From assembly GCA_902476355.1 (NCBI GenBank), contig CABSCS010000008.1, positions 8,868 to 72,867 on the forward strand: a stretch of DNA of 64,000 nt. The letters run 5' to 3'. The notes under the pieces were generated by a model, which was not told where the DNA came from, made no database searches, and saw only the letters and a list, made by a program, of their open reading frames with translations. Positions 28,529 to 38,050 of this stretch are shown piece after piece (position 1 is the first letter of the stretch; each line of letters opens with the position of its first letter). The stretch comes from an uncultured Eubacteriales bacterium. GTDB lineage: Bacteria; Bacillota; Clostridia; Christensenellales; UBA1242. The position numbers and the translations under genes are program-made.

Positions 28529-28803
28529 GCACATTAGTAGTTTATTACAAAACATGCCAGTTTTAAAAGCAGGATTATATTGGAGTAAAGGTATCTGCGA
28601 CTATCTATAAATTGAAGGATACAGGTTTGTTGAATAACGTTCTTTAATTGTTGTAAAAAACATATTTTAATTGTATTAAAAATTTTATTTTCTTTTTGTT
28701 GTTGTGCAATTAAATGGTTGTATGCCATTGAGTTTTTTTTATATAAATATCAAACTAATATATATTTATAAAATAAAAAACGCAAAATAGGTGAAAAAGC
28801 ATG

Positions 28804-28830
28804 AAAAAACGGCGTTAAAACGCCGTTTTG
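28804..28830. terminator. Bidirectional terminator hairpin
   Basis: A6-CGGCG-ttaaaa-CGCCG-T4. T6 on the minus strand, downstream of the minus-strand GNAT gene. Confidence 0.7.
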
Positions 28831-28991
28831 TGTAATAATTATGTATTTTAATGTTATAGGGTTTGCATTGTTCGTTATTGAAAACAACAAAGACATTTGA
28901 TTATGCAACCATTATTTTTCAGTGATAAAATGTTTGCTTTAATTTAGTTTTTTGCATGCTGAAATTGTTTTTGATTTTGTAATTATTTGTT

Positions 28992-30041
28992 TTATTCGTC
29001 TTCACCTGGTTGCGATTCTGTTTCTGTAACCTGATTGAAAGCAGAGATGCATGTATTATAAAAATCGTTAAATTCTTTAAGTTTTGAATTGGATTTTTTT
29101 GGATCGTTTTTAACTGCTTTTGCAACTTTTTCAAGGCTTGAATATTTTGTGTCATAGTAATTTTTTGCATTTATAAGCCTTTCAATTCGGTCGGTGTAAA
29201 GTGCATTGTTTGCATTGATTGCCATTGCAACTTTATGGAAATTGTCAAGGTCGTTTATTGTTGGGTTGAAAACAAAAGGAGAGAAGTTTTCGCAATGGAC
29301 ACTGTTGAAACTGTCTCTGAAAAAGTTTTTTGGTACACCAACAGATGCTTGGTCAACTGCGCTTAAAAATTCAAGTGAAACTGAAAAATCTTTTTTTGAC
29401 CTTTTGAAGGAAAGGGGACGTTCAAGACCATAGGCAACTGTCATTTCTTGTAAATTTTCTTTTTTCATTATAACTGCATGTTTTGTTCCTTGACCAAGTT
29501 TTGCATAGCCCATTGAAGTGTATAGATATAAGTTGCTGTCATAAAAGTTTTTGAGAACATAGTCTTCGGCTTCGCTTTTTGACATTTTTCTTCGGATTTC
29601 AGAAATAGTTTTTGGTGGAACGCTTAAATCAACATAGTTTCGCATTGAGTCGAGCATTATGCTTTTTCTTCCGATTGATTTGATGTGGTTTTCGAATGTT
29701 TGAAGAAGAATTGTTCCAAGCCCCTTGTTCATGAATGCTTGGTGAATTCCAATAAGGTCAATTTCGGTTTCATGGCGACCATATTCGGTGTCGAAAGAAA
29801 GTTTTCCAACATGAAAGGGAATGATTTCTTTTGTTTTTGTGTTCATTCCAATGGTGTATGCATCAATATAATCACGATTGATATATAAGGCATAGATGTG
29901 ACCTTGTCTGTCGCGAGACATTTCGCTTGGCTTTTCAAGCATGAATGCTTTTTGAAAATATTGGCTGATGAGAAGGTTTTGCGTTATGATTGCAAGACGT
30001 TCTTTTTCGGTGTGTGGTGTTGGAATGATGATTGATGACAT
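28992..30041 (-). CDS. GNAT-family N-acetyltransferase domain fused to an uncharacterised ~140-aa C-terminal region
   Basis: Acetyl-CoA motif A-like IHQAFMNKGLGTILLQTFENH. RBS AGGAGA upstream. No recognisable motif in the C-terminal third. Confidence 0.55.
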   Translation of the reverse strand: MSSIIIPTPHTEKERLAIITQNLLISQYFQKAFMLEKPSEMSRDRQGHIYALYINRDYIDAYTIGMNTKTKEIIPFHVGKLSFDTEYGRHETEIDLIGIHQAFMNKGLGTILLQTFENHIKSIGRKSIMLDSMRNYVDLSVPPKTISEIRRKMSKSEAEDYVLKNFYDSNLYLYTSMGYAKLGQGTKHAVIMKKENLQEMTVAYGLERPLSFKRSKKDFSVSLEFLSAVDQASVGVPKNFFRDSFNSVHCENFSPFVFNPTINDLDNFHKVAMAINANNALYTDRIERLINAKNYYDTKYSSLEKVAKAVKNDPKKSNSKLKEFNDFYNTCISAFNQVTETESQPGEDE

Positions 30042-30129
30042 TTTTATTTCTCCTGCTGATATTATATCACAAAAAAAATATATTTCAAGTTATCGCTTAA
30101 AAACAACTTTTTTTGCATAAAATATAGAT

Positions 30130-30666
30130 ATGAAAAGGTCTTTAAAAATAAATTATTTAGCGATTGTTTCTGCGATTGTTTTTGTTTTGTTTTTAGGAGT
30201 TTGTTCTTTTAATTTAATGTTTCCGCTTCGATATAAATCATATATAAAAGAATACTCAAAAGCGGAAAATTTGAATGCAACAATGGTGGCTTCTTTAATC
30301 AAAACTGAAAGCAATTTTAACAAGAAAGCAGTGTCGAAAAAAGGTGCGATTGGACTTATGCAAATTCTGCCTGCAACAGGCAAATGGATCTGTGAAACTT
30401 ATTTTGATTTTGAGTTTGATGAAAGCATGCTTTATGAGCCTGAAACAAACATTAAAATTGGCGCAAAATATTTGTCATATTTGTTCACAAAATTTGATGA
30501 TGAGGTTACAGTTCTTGCTTGCTATAATGCAGGAGAAGGTGTTGTGAAAAACTGGATTGGTGAAAATAAAATGCTCAAAAAAACGCAAATTCAGTTTGAA
30601 GAAACGCAAAAATATGTTCAAAAAGTGCAAAACTGCAAGAAAATTTATAAAATTAGATTTTTGTAA
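30130..30666 (+). CDS. Membrane-anchored lytic transglycosylase (SLT domain)
   Basis: N-terminal TM helix. SLT catalytic motif ESNFNKKAVSKKGAIGLMQILPATG and AYNAGEG. Confidence 0.8.
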   Translation: MKRSLKINYLAIVSAIVFVLFLGVCSFNLMFPLRYKSYIKEYSKAENLNATMVASLIKTESNFNKKAVSKKGAIGLMQILPATGKWICETYFDFEFDESMLYEPETNIKIGAKYLSYLFTKFDDEVTVLACYNAGEGVVKNWIGENKMLKKTQIQFEETQKYVQKVQNCKKIYKIRFL

Positions 30667-31217
30667 AAATTGATTGTTTGCTAGAAATGTTGTTGTAGTT
30701 GTGGAAATTTATAATCAAATTTTTTATTTGAATTTGATTGTAAAAACGCACAATTTTTAACAAGATTTTCTTGTTCGAACAATAGACTCAAAACAATATT
30801 TTTTTGCTTCTAATCTTGTTGTTTTTTATAGTGTTTAGTAGTGTTTTGTTTGCTTTTATTTTGATAATGATTTGAACTGCTTTTTAATAAGATTTTTAAC
30901 AATTATTTTATTTGGCTTTTAGCAATTGTTTTACACATTTTTTGTTGCAAGTATCTTATTAGTTGCAGGATATTTTCCCTCGACTTTTGGTTTTAATTGT
31001 AACTGAGATTGTTGCAATTTGATTTGAAATCTTTGTTGTGATTTTTTGCTATTTACTTTACACTATTTTAAAACTTTGTTTTGATTTTTCGTTGTTGAGT
31101 TTGTGTTAATTTTTTATTTTTGATGTTTATTTTGTGACTTGTAAAATTTATAAAAAACAGTGTTATTTTGCTTGCTTGAATATTGAAAATTTTGTATAAT
31201 AATTTTGAGGAAAGAAT

Positions 31218-31568
31218 ATGAAAGACATTTATCAAATTGAAGTTAATGAAGAAACTTTTCAAAGAATGGAAGACGGCAAATGCAACTTTGTTGTTGTTCT
31301 TGATGACAAAGACCACAAGGCATATAAAGAAGGAAACATTCTTACAATTTATGCGGGTGAAAAGAGCATGAAGGTTTCCATTCGTGAAATGTTGTTTTTT
31401 GAAACTGTGAAAGAACTTGTTGACATGATTGGAAAGGAAAGAACCGGTTTTACAAAAAGCCTTACAACTGACCGTATTGAAGACGAAATCGCAAAGACAT
31501 TAAAGCCAGAATCCATAGATAAATTCGGGCTTATGGCTGTTGGATTTGACAAGATAGAAAACTCGTGA
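31218..31568 (+). CDS. Small ASCH/PUA-like domain protein (tentative)
   Basis: 116 aa. N-terminal pattern (EVNEETFQRMEDGKCNF...YKEGNILTI) resembles ASCH-domain beta-barrel proteins. This is my judgement only. Confidence 0.4.
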   Translation: MKDIYQIEVNEETFQRMEDGKCNFVVVLDDKDHKAYKEGNILTIYAGEKSMKVSIREMLFFETVKELVDMIGKERTGFTKSLTTDRIEDEIAKTLKPESIDKFGLMAVGFDKIENS

Positions 31569-31715
31569 TGAGTTTTTTATTTTTGTAGATTTTTTGTTAT
31601 TGTAATTGTATTTATACAAAATAGAGAAAATAAATTTAAAATTTATCCTATTTTCGTTTGACTTGATTTTCAAAAAACTTTAAACTATTGATAGTAAAAA
31701 ATAAGGAGCAATCTT

Positions 31716-34151
31716 ATGAGTAATTCAAACTTGAAAAAACTGAATAGATTTTTCGCTGTTTTAGTTTTTGTTATGGCAAGTTTTGTTTTGTCGCTTGGAT
31801 TTGGCGTTTCTTCTTTTTCAAACTTTGCAAAGGCTGAAAACGACAACTATTATGTGATAAACTTGACTGTTACAAACGGAACGGCAAACCTTTCATATGA
31901 GGGAAACACATATGATGGTCTTAACAACATATTGGTTAAAGAGTCAAATGAGAAATATTTGATTTTGAAAAGCGTTGTTGATGATACAGAAAACACTTGC
32001 AGTGTGAAGGTTACAGTTTTGCCAAATGAAAATTTTGTTTTAAATCAAATTACAGTTGACGGAACTGCACTTGCTGAATCTGCAAACCAAACATTTACAA
32101 TTGCACCAGCAACTGCTGAAACAAATGTTGTTGTTGATTTCGTTGCAAAAACCTTCACTGTTAAAGTTGCAACCGAATATTCCGCTGATGGCGTGACAAA
32201 ACTTTCAGATAACACACTTTTGACAAATAATATGGGCGTGAATCTTGACGCTATTTCTGTTTCTGCACACGAAACTTTGTTTGATGAAACAAACAATGTT
32301 GTTGCACCTGACAGAGAAAGTGATCATCTTGAATTTGTTGGCTATTTCATTAGTGATGGAATGAACGAAGTGAATGTTTCAGACGGAAGAAGCATTGCTT
32401 CTTTGGAATTTAATGACGAGTTCATTGCAAAATATGTTAAAGAGGGAACCCTTGAAATTGTTGCAAGATATGCATATAAGAAAATGGTTTCTGTTTCTGT
32501 TGACAATTCTTGCTTGGCTTTTGGCGCATTTGATGTTGTTGCAAAAAATAGCGCTGGTGATGTTATGAACTTTGTTTCGGGCGAATATTATTCTGCTGGA
32601 ACAAAAATCTTTGTTGTTCCAACCGCTGAAAAATATTATGAGTTCTCTCATTATGAATATGATGGTGAATCTTTGTATGATTCTAATTTTTCTGTGACTG
32701 TTGCATATAAAGATGTTTCTGTTGTGATTTTCTTTGAACCAGTTTCATATGAAATTCGCTTTAACATTGTGAACTCTGTTTTCGAACGTCTTGGAAACGA
32801 GCCTATAACCCTTGAAATTACTCATATTGGAGCATATTATAACACCCCTGTTGCTGATCATGTTATTATTGGCGACAAAATTGATTTGATCAAATTTAAA
32901 AACATTTTCAGTTATCAAAATTATAAATTCTTGTCTTGGCAACTTCGCTCTAAAACTGGCGACATTAAAAATGTGAGCGATGCTAACAATGCAGACATTG
33001 TTAAAAACCTTGACATTACTTCGGATTTTGTTGACAAATATGTTGTCGATGGCAAAATCGACTTTTATGGTGTGTTCATTCAAAACTGCCAATTGTCGAT
33101 TGTAATGCAAAAAGCATATGCAACTGAAAACACTTTCCAAGTTTATGAAGACGGCGTTTTGGTTGAAGACCTTTCAAAATCTTTTGACTATGGCACAATT
33201 TTGACTGTGACTGTTCCAAATATTGACTATATGACATTTGTTGGCTTTGATGGACTTATTGTTGATGACCTATATACACCTGGTCAAACAACTGCATATA
33301 TCGCTATGAAAGGAAACCGCAGTCTTGCTGTTATATATGATTATATTAAAACAGACATCAAAATTGCAGGCGAAAGTGTTGTTAAAAACGGAAGATTGAG
33401 TTTGAGTTCAAACAACTTTAAAATTGGTGACACATTCATTATCAATGCAAACCTTTCAGATGGATATAAAATTAAAAGTTTCACAGTGAATGGCAAATCA
33501 GCAGAACAATTTGTTCGCGAACTTAACGCTGGCGAAGAAAAACCTGTTGCAATTTATGGTGAAAACGGAATTATTACAATTCATGTAAACAAAAATGTTT
33601 ACGACTTCTTTGTAAACAACGATACCCTTAATGTTAAAGTTGATTCACAAATCAACGGGGCATATATTGCTTTGTTTGTGATTTATTTGCTCTTGGCTCT
33701 TGGATTTGGTGCTGTTATCGTTGTTCTTTCAATCATGACAAACAACAATTCAGAAGAAATTAAAAAACTTAAAAAGAAACAACAAGATGCAGTGCTCAAA
33801 AAAGAAGAAGAGCAAAGAAAAGAAGAGGAAAGACAAAAAGCCCTTCTTGAAAAACAAAAAGAAGAAATTGTTGCTGAAAAGGCGCTTGAAGAAAAACCAA
33901 AGAAAGAACCTGCAAAAAAGGTTTCAACCAAGAAGGTTGATGAAACAGAAAAACCTAAGGCAACTGCAAAAAAGACAACAACAAAAAGTGCTGGCAAAAC
34001 TGCAACAAAAACAGCAGAAAAGCCAAAAACTGCCAAAACTGCTTCAAAGCCTGCAACTAAAAAGGCAACAGCAGAGAAAGCAGATAAACCTGCGCCAAAG
34101 AAAAGAACAACAAAACCAAAAGAAACAAATAAAGAAGGAGGAGAAGCATAA
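31716..34151 (+). CDS. Large surface protein: signal peptide, beta-rich repeat ectodomain, one C-terminal TM helix, ~135-aa K/A/T/P/E-rich cytoplasmic tail
   Basis: N-terminal signal-like FAVLVFVMASFVLSLGFGVSSFSNFAKA. Recurring hydrophobic-x-F/Y-x-G/S-aromatic beta-repeat endings (HLEFVGYF, YKFLSWQ, MTFVGFDG, GYKIKSFTVNG). TM segment GAYIALFVIYLLLALGFGAVIVVLSIM. Tail is rich in KK/AKK/TKK. Confidence 0.6.
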   Translation: MSNSNLKKLNRFFAVLVFVMASFVLSLGFGVSSFSNFAKAENDNYYVINLTVTNGTANLSYEGNTYDGLNNILVKESNEKYLILKSVVDDTENTCSVKVTVLPNENFVLNQITVDGTALAESANQTFTIAPATAETNVVVDFVAKTFTVKVATEYSADGVTKLSDNTLLTNNMGVNLDAISVSAHETLFDETNNVVAPDRESDHLEFVGYFISDGMNEVNVSDGRSIASLEFNDEFIAKYVKEGTLEIVARYAYKKMVSVSVDNSCLAFGAFDVVAKNSAGDVMNFVSGEYYSAGTKIFVVPTAEKYYEFSHYEYDGESLYDSNFSVTVAYKDVSVVIFFEPVSYEIRFNIVNSVFERLGNEPITLEITHIGAYYNTPVADHVIIGDKIDLIKFKNIFSYQNYKFLSWQLRSKTGDIKNVSDANNADIVKNLDITSDFVDKYVVDGKIDFYGVFIQNCQLSIVMQKAYATENTFQVYEDGVLVEDLSKSFDYGTILTVTVPNIDYMTFVGFDGLIVDDLYTPGQTTAYIAMKGNRSLAVIYDYIKTDIKIAGESVVKNGRLSLSSNNFKIGDTFIINANLSDGYKIKSFTVNGKSAEQFVRELNAGEEKPVAIYGENGIITIHVNKNVYDFFVNNDTLNVKVDSQINGAYIALFVIYLLLALGFGAVIVVLSIMTNNNSEEIKKLKKKQQDAVLKKEEEQRKEEERQKALLEKQKEEIVAEKALEEKPKKEPAKKVSTKKVDETEKPKATAKKTTTKSAGKTATKTAEKPKTAKTASKPATKKATAEKADKPAPKKRTTKPKETNKEGGEA

Positions 34152-36448
34152 TGAAAACCATAAATAAAAAATCTAAAATTTCTGTTTTGCTTTGTCTTGC
34201 TTTTGCATTTGTTTCAATGCTTTGCTTTACTTTTACTTTTGCTCCAAAAATTGCCCTTGCTGAAAATGCTGGGGCAAAAATCCAAATCAACTTTGTGAAC
34301 AGTGGTGACAAAGTGATGAATGGTGAAACCGAATATAATGGTGAAATTTATTATAACAAAACCGATAACAAACTTGAAAATGCAAATGGCGACGAACTTA
34401 ATTTGACGGTTGTTTGCGCCGATGGTCTTTTCTCTTCTTGGAATGTTTATAACACCGCAGAAGAAAATGGATTTGAGACTCTTGGAACCGAATATGCTTC
34501 TTCATTTGATTTAAAACTTTTAGTAAGCAATATTTATGCCAATGAAAACAAAGATAAATATCTTTCTGGTGGTCAAATTTCTTTGCTTTCAATAAGAAGT
34601 GCAAACAGCACTGAATTTAAACTTGATGCTTCTGTTGAAACATTTGGAAAACTTTATGTTTCTGGCGTTTTGGTGAAAAACAAAATTGACCTTTATCAAG
34701 GTGAGAAATATGACATTAAAGTTGTACAAGTTGCACACTATGCTATAAAATCTGTAAAAGTTTATACTGGACTTAACCTTGAACAAGGAAAAGAACCTTC
34801 AAAAACATCAACAGAGGGTGAATTTAAGTTTGAAACTCTTGGGGTTTCATCACACACAGTTGCTGTTGAATATGAAAAAGTAAACTATACAATCAATTTC
34901 CTTGCCGTTAACAGAAACATGGCAGAGATTGAAAACTTTGATAAAAATGCACACCTCAGCACTCTTGCAACAATCGGAAAGGTTGACGAGGCTTTTGGAA
35001 TCAAACTTACAATTTCATCTGACAATGACTATCGCTATTTTGCTTGCAGACTTTTCAACAACGAAACCGAACAATATGACGATTTTGACCTTCTTTCAAT
35101 TCAAGAAAACAACCAAACATTGGGTGCTGATTTCTATGCTAAATATGCAAAAAACGGCGTTGTAAACGTAAATATCATCTTCGACAAACTTTATAAAGTT
35201 GAAGTTGCTGGTTCTGAAAACGGACAAATTGTTGCATATATCAACGAAGTTGCTGTTGATGAAAACAAATATGTGAACGGAAAATTGACAGTTTATGTTT
35301 CAGCAATTGAAAAACTTGAAATTTATGCTCTTGCAGACGAAGGATATGTTGTTTCTGACATTGAAGGTGTTTCTAAATTTGAAGTTGAAAACAACAAAAT
35401 TACTCTTTCTTCTTTAAACCAAAACCGTGACATTAAAATCAAATTTGAAAAAGAATTCTATGTTCTTGAAGTTTATGCTGTTGACGGAAATGATGAAAGA
35501 CTTTCACACTATGACGCAAACTCTATGATTTTTGTGAATGGACAAAAATCAAATCGTGTTCGTCTTGGCGACATTATCACAAGAATCGACACAGTTGTTG
35601 GATCTCTTAATGCTGACTATAAAATTGAAAAATATCAAATTTACAACCAAACAAACAGTGCTTTTGAAGACTATGTTTTGGGGCAAACTTTCACAAAAGA
35701 CTATGTATATGGAACTGGAAAAACAGTTTATGTGAAAGCAATCTATTCGAGACTTTATAAAGCAAGCGTTTATATCGACGAACTTTCAAAAGGTGCGGGA
35801 TATTTTGATGTTGAAATTTTGAATGAAGATAGCAGAGTTATTGATTCATATTATAAAGTTACCGAATTTTTGAGAACTCTTGCTTCTGGAAACAAAATCA
35901 GAGTTACTGCATACAACTATCGTGGCTATGAATTTTCAAAGTTTACTCTTGAAAACACAAACCCTGCTGATAAAAACATTATCACAAAAACAATTGCAAA
36001 CGAAGATGTTTCTCTTGGGCTTGTGTTTGTGAAATCTGATGTTGCAATCAAGGTTAAATCAGCCTCTAAGAATGCAACAATTGATAACCTTTCATTTGAC
36101 ACTGTTCGTGTTGGTGACAAGATTACAATTTCATATAAAATCGATTTCTCATATGAACTTAAAAATGTTTATATAAACAATGTTCGTGCAGACAAACTCG
36201 AAAATGTTAAAGTTGATGACAACTCTATTGTGATCGACGTTACAAAAGAATTTCTTGCTTCTTTGAACAAACAAGGAGAAATTGTAACAAAAATTCAAAC
36301 TGTTCGTGATGCAAGTTACATTTCATTTGTAATCATCATTCCAATTTTGCTTGTTTTGCTTGCTACCGGTGCATCTGTAACTGCGGTATATTTTGTAAGA
36401 TCAAAAAGAAAACTTGGCGAAATCAAATCAAATGAGATTATGAAATAA
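34151..36448 (+). CDS. Large surface protein paralogue-like: signal peptide, repeat ectodomain, C-terminal TM anchor
   Basis: Start overlaps the upstream stop (TAATG). Signal-like ISVLLCLAFAFVSMLCFTFTFAPKIALA. GY-x-V/F-S-x-F repeat endings. C-terminal TM ISFVIIIPILLVLLATGASVTAVYFV followed by RSKRK. Confidence 0.6.
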   Translation: MKTINKKSKISVLLCLAFAFVSMLCFTFTFAPKIALAENAGAKIQINFVNSGDKVMNGETEYNGEIYYNKTDNKLENANGDELNLTVVCADGLFSSWNVYNTAEENGFETLGTEYASSFDLKLLVSNIYANENKDKYLSGGQISLLSIRSANSTEFKLDASVETFGKLYVSGVLVKNKIDLYQGEKYDIKVVQVAHYAIKSVKVYTGLNLEQGKEPSKTSTEGEFKFETLGVSSHTVAVEYEKVNYTINFLAVNRNMAEIENFDKNAHLSTLATIGKVDEAFGIKLTISSDNDYRYFACRLFNNETEQYDDFDLLSIQENNQTLGADFYAKYAKNGVVNVNIIFDKLYKVEVAGSENGQIVAYINEVAVDENKYVNGKLTVYVSAIEKLEIYALADEGYVVSDIEGVSKFEVENNKITLSSLNQNRDIKIKFEKEFYVLEVYAVDGNDERLSHYDANSMIFVNGQKSNRVRLGDIITRIDTVVGSLNADYKIEKYQIYNQTNSAFEDYVLGQTFTKDYVYGTGKTVYVKAIYSRLYKASVYIDELSKGAGYFDVEILNEDSRVIDSYYKVTEFLRTLASGNKIRVTAYNYRGYEFSKFTLENTNPADKNIITKTIANEDVSLGLVFVKSDVAIKVKSASKNATIDNLSFDTVRVGDKITISYKIDFSYELKNVYINNVRADKLENVKVDDNSIVIDVTKEFLASLNKQGEIVTKIQTVRDASYISFVIIIPILLVLLATGASVTAVYFVRSKRKLGEIKSNEIMK

Positions 36449-36467
36449 TAGAAAATGAAACGATAAG

Positions 36468-36496
36468 AAAAACAACCTTTGCGGGTTGTTTTTTCT
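36468..36496 (+). terminator. Rho-independent terminator after the surface-protein pair
   Basis: AACAACC-tttgc-GGTTGTT followed by a T-run. Confidence 0.75.
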
Positions 36497-36603
36497 TTTG
36501 GCATATGTGTTATTCTGGCTGTTATGCCTTTGCCTTGCAAAAAAGTCGATATTGACTTTTTGTTTATTTGTGATATACTTGAAGCATAAAGAGGGTTTTG
36601 TAT

Positions 36604-37947
36604 ATGATGGATAAAGAAGCAATAAGATCATTTTTCTTTGAAGACGATGAAAGCACACTTGTTGGAAAACTGCACTATCCATTTTTAAATAATGAAGATA
36701 TTCAAAAGTTTTCAGAAATCCCATATGAGGCAATTGAGGTGTCAATTGAAAAGTTCAATATAATTTTGACCATGCTTGAATATCAATATGGGTTTAAATC
36801 TGAAACTGTGCCAACAAAAAATGTGAAAAAATATGAAGAGTATTGCAACGTTCTTGCAATGCAAGACAAGTTGTCTGCATATTTAGACTATTTGGAACTT
36901 GACCCAGAAGAAAAACTTATGTTAAGATTCTTGGCAGACAAAAACCAATTCACTTTGCAAGATGCTCGTCATGGCATTAAAAATTTCTATGAAAGAGCAA
37001 TTACAATCATGCCTGCTGATTCGCTTTTATATTTCATTCAAGATGACATTGACGTCTGTGAAAATTTTGAAATTGATACAAATGCACGTTTCTTGGCTGA
37101 TCCAGGAATAAGTGGAAAAACATTGTATTTGTCAATCTCAACACTTGCTGGGCTTCTTGCAATGGAAGAAAAGAAGAGTTTGCCTCTTGGAAAGCAAAAA
37201 CTTTTGGATGCTTTCTTCAATAAATTTGACAAAGGCGACATGACAGATGAGGAAATTTTGAAGAATCATCGTGACTATAACTTTTTGGTTGCTGATGCTT
37301 GTTGGAAAATTCTTGCAAACGCTAAAAATCTTGGGCTCAATAAACAACAAAGTGACAGACTTCGTGAAATGAATTTGAATGCACTCAAAGCAATTGCAAA
37401 GGAAAACATTTTGCGTCGTCCTGGAATGTTCTATATCTTGCCACCAGCACTTAAAGATATTAAATGGAATGGCGATGAGAACAATATTATTTATCAAATT
37501 TACAGCGAACCAAATGTTTCTTTCGTGCGTCTTTCAAAAGATTTGAGAAAGAAATATGTTGCAGATTATATTGAAGTTTTACGCCTTGCAAAAGATAAAG
37601 GTCTTGTTTCAAGTGAAGACATTGTTGAAAATATCCTTGTAAAAAATGAGGAACTTCGTTTGGTTGACACATTGTTTGCTGAACGCACCGCAGACCTTTT
37701 TGCAGAGCAAATGAAGAAAGTCAATGTTGAACAATTTGTGTTGTCTGATAAAGGAGACTATTATATTTATCTTCCAGAAGCAATTTTGAACTATGTTGAC
37801 ACTCTTCAAGAAAAATCAAAGGTTATTGATTGCTTCGATAAAAACAATTATGCTATTCTTCGAAACAAAGCACTTTCAAGAAAACCAAAGGCAAAAACAA
37901 AAAAAAAGCGCCCACCACATGGTGGGCGTTTTTTTATGATGTTTTAA
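36604..37947 (+). CDS. Hypothetical cytoplasmic protein, no recognisable domain
   Basis: 447-aa ORF with its own promoter (TTGACT...TGaTATACT) and RBS AGAGGG. Start set at the ATG at 36604. A terminator hairpin (37908-37935) lies inside the last codons. Confidence 0.5.
   Translation: MMDKEAIRSFFFEDDESTLVGKLHYPFLNNEDIQKFSEIPYEAIEVSIEKFNIILTMLEYQYGFKSETVPTKNVKKYEEYCNVLAMQDKLSAYLDYLELDPEEKLMLRFLADKNQFTLQDARHGIKNFYERAITIMPADSLLYFIQDDIDVCENFEIDTNARFLADPGISGKTLYLSISTLAGLLAMEEKKSLPLGKQKLLDAFFNKFDKGDMTDEEILKNHRDYNFLVADACWKILANAKNLGLNKQQSDRLREMNLNALKAIAKENILRRPGMFYILPPALKDIKWNGDENNIIYQIYSEPNVSFVRLSKDLRKKYVADYIEVLRLAKDKGLVSSEDIVENILVKNEELRLVDTLFAERTADLFAEQMKKVNVEQFVLSDKGDYYIYLPEAILNYVDTLQEKSKVIDCFDKNNYAILRNKALSRKPKAKTKKKRPPHGGRFFMMF
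37908..37935 (+). terminator. Rho-independent terminator overlapping the 3' end of the ORF
   Basis: A8-GCGCCCACC-acat-GGTGGGCG-T7. Confidence 0.8.
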
Positions 37948-38050
37948 TGTTGCTTGATTTGTTTTTTAACTATCTACATTAAAAATGTTTTTTTATTTTG
38001 ATGCTTTATGATATAATATTTTTGATTTATGGCGAACAGGAGTGAGTGAC

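Noticed and set aside
33683-34167. ORFs 33787-34167 (+) and 33683-34036 (-), which overlap the end of the first surface-protein gene.
   Set aside because: They are alternative-frame or antisense readings of an A/G-rich lysine-codon repeat. They are low-complexity artefacts inside a well-supported long CDS.
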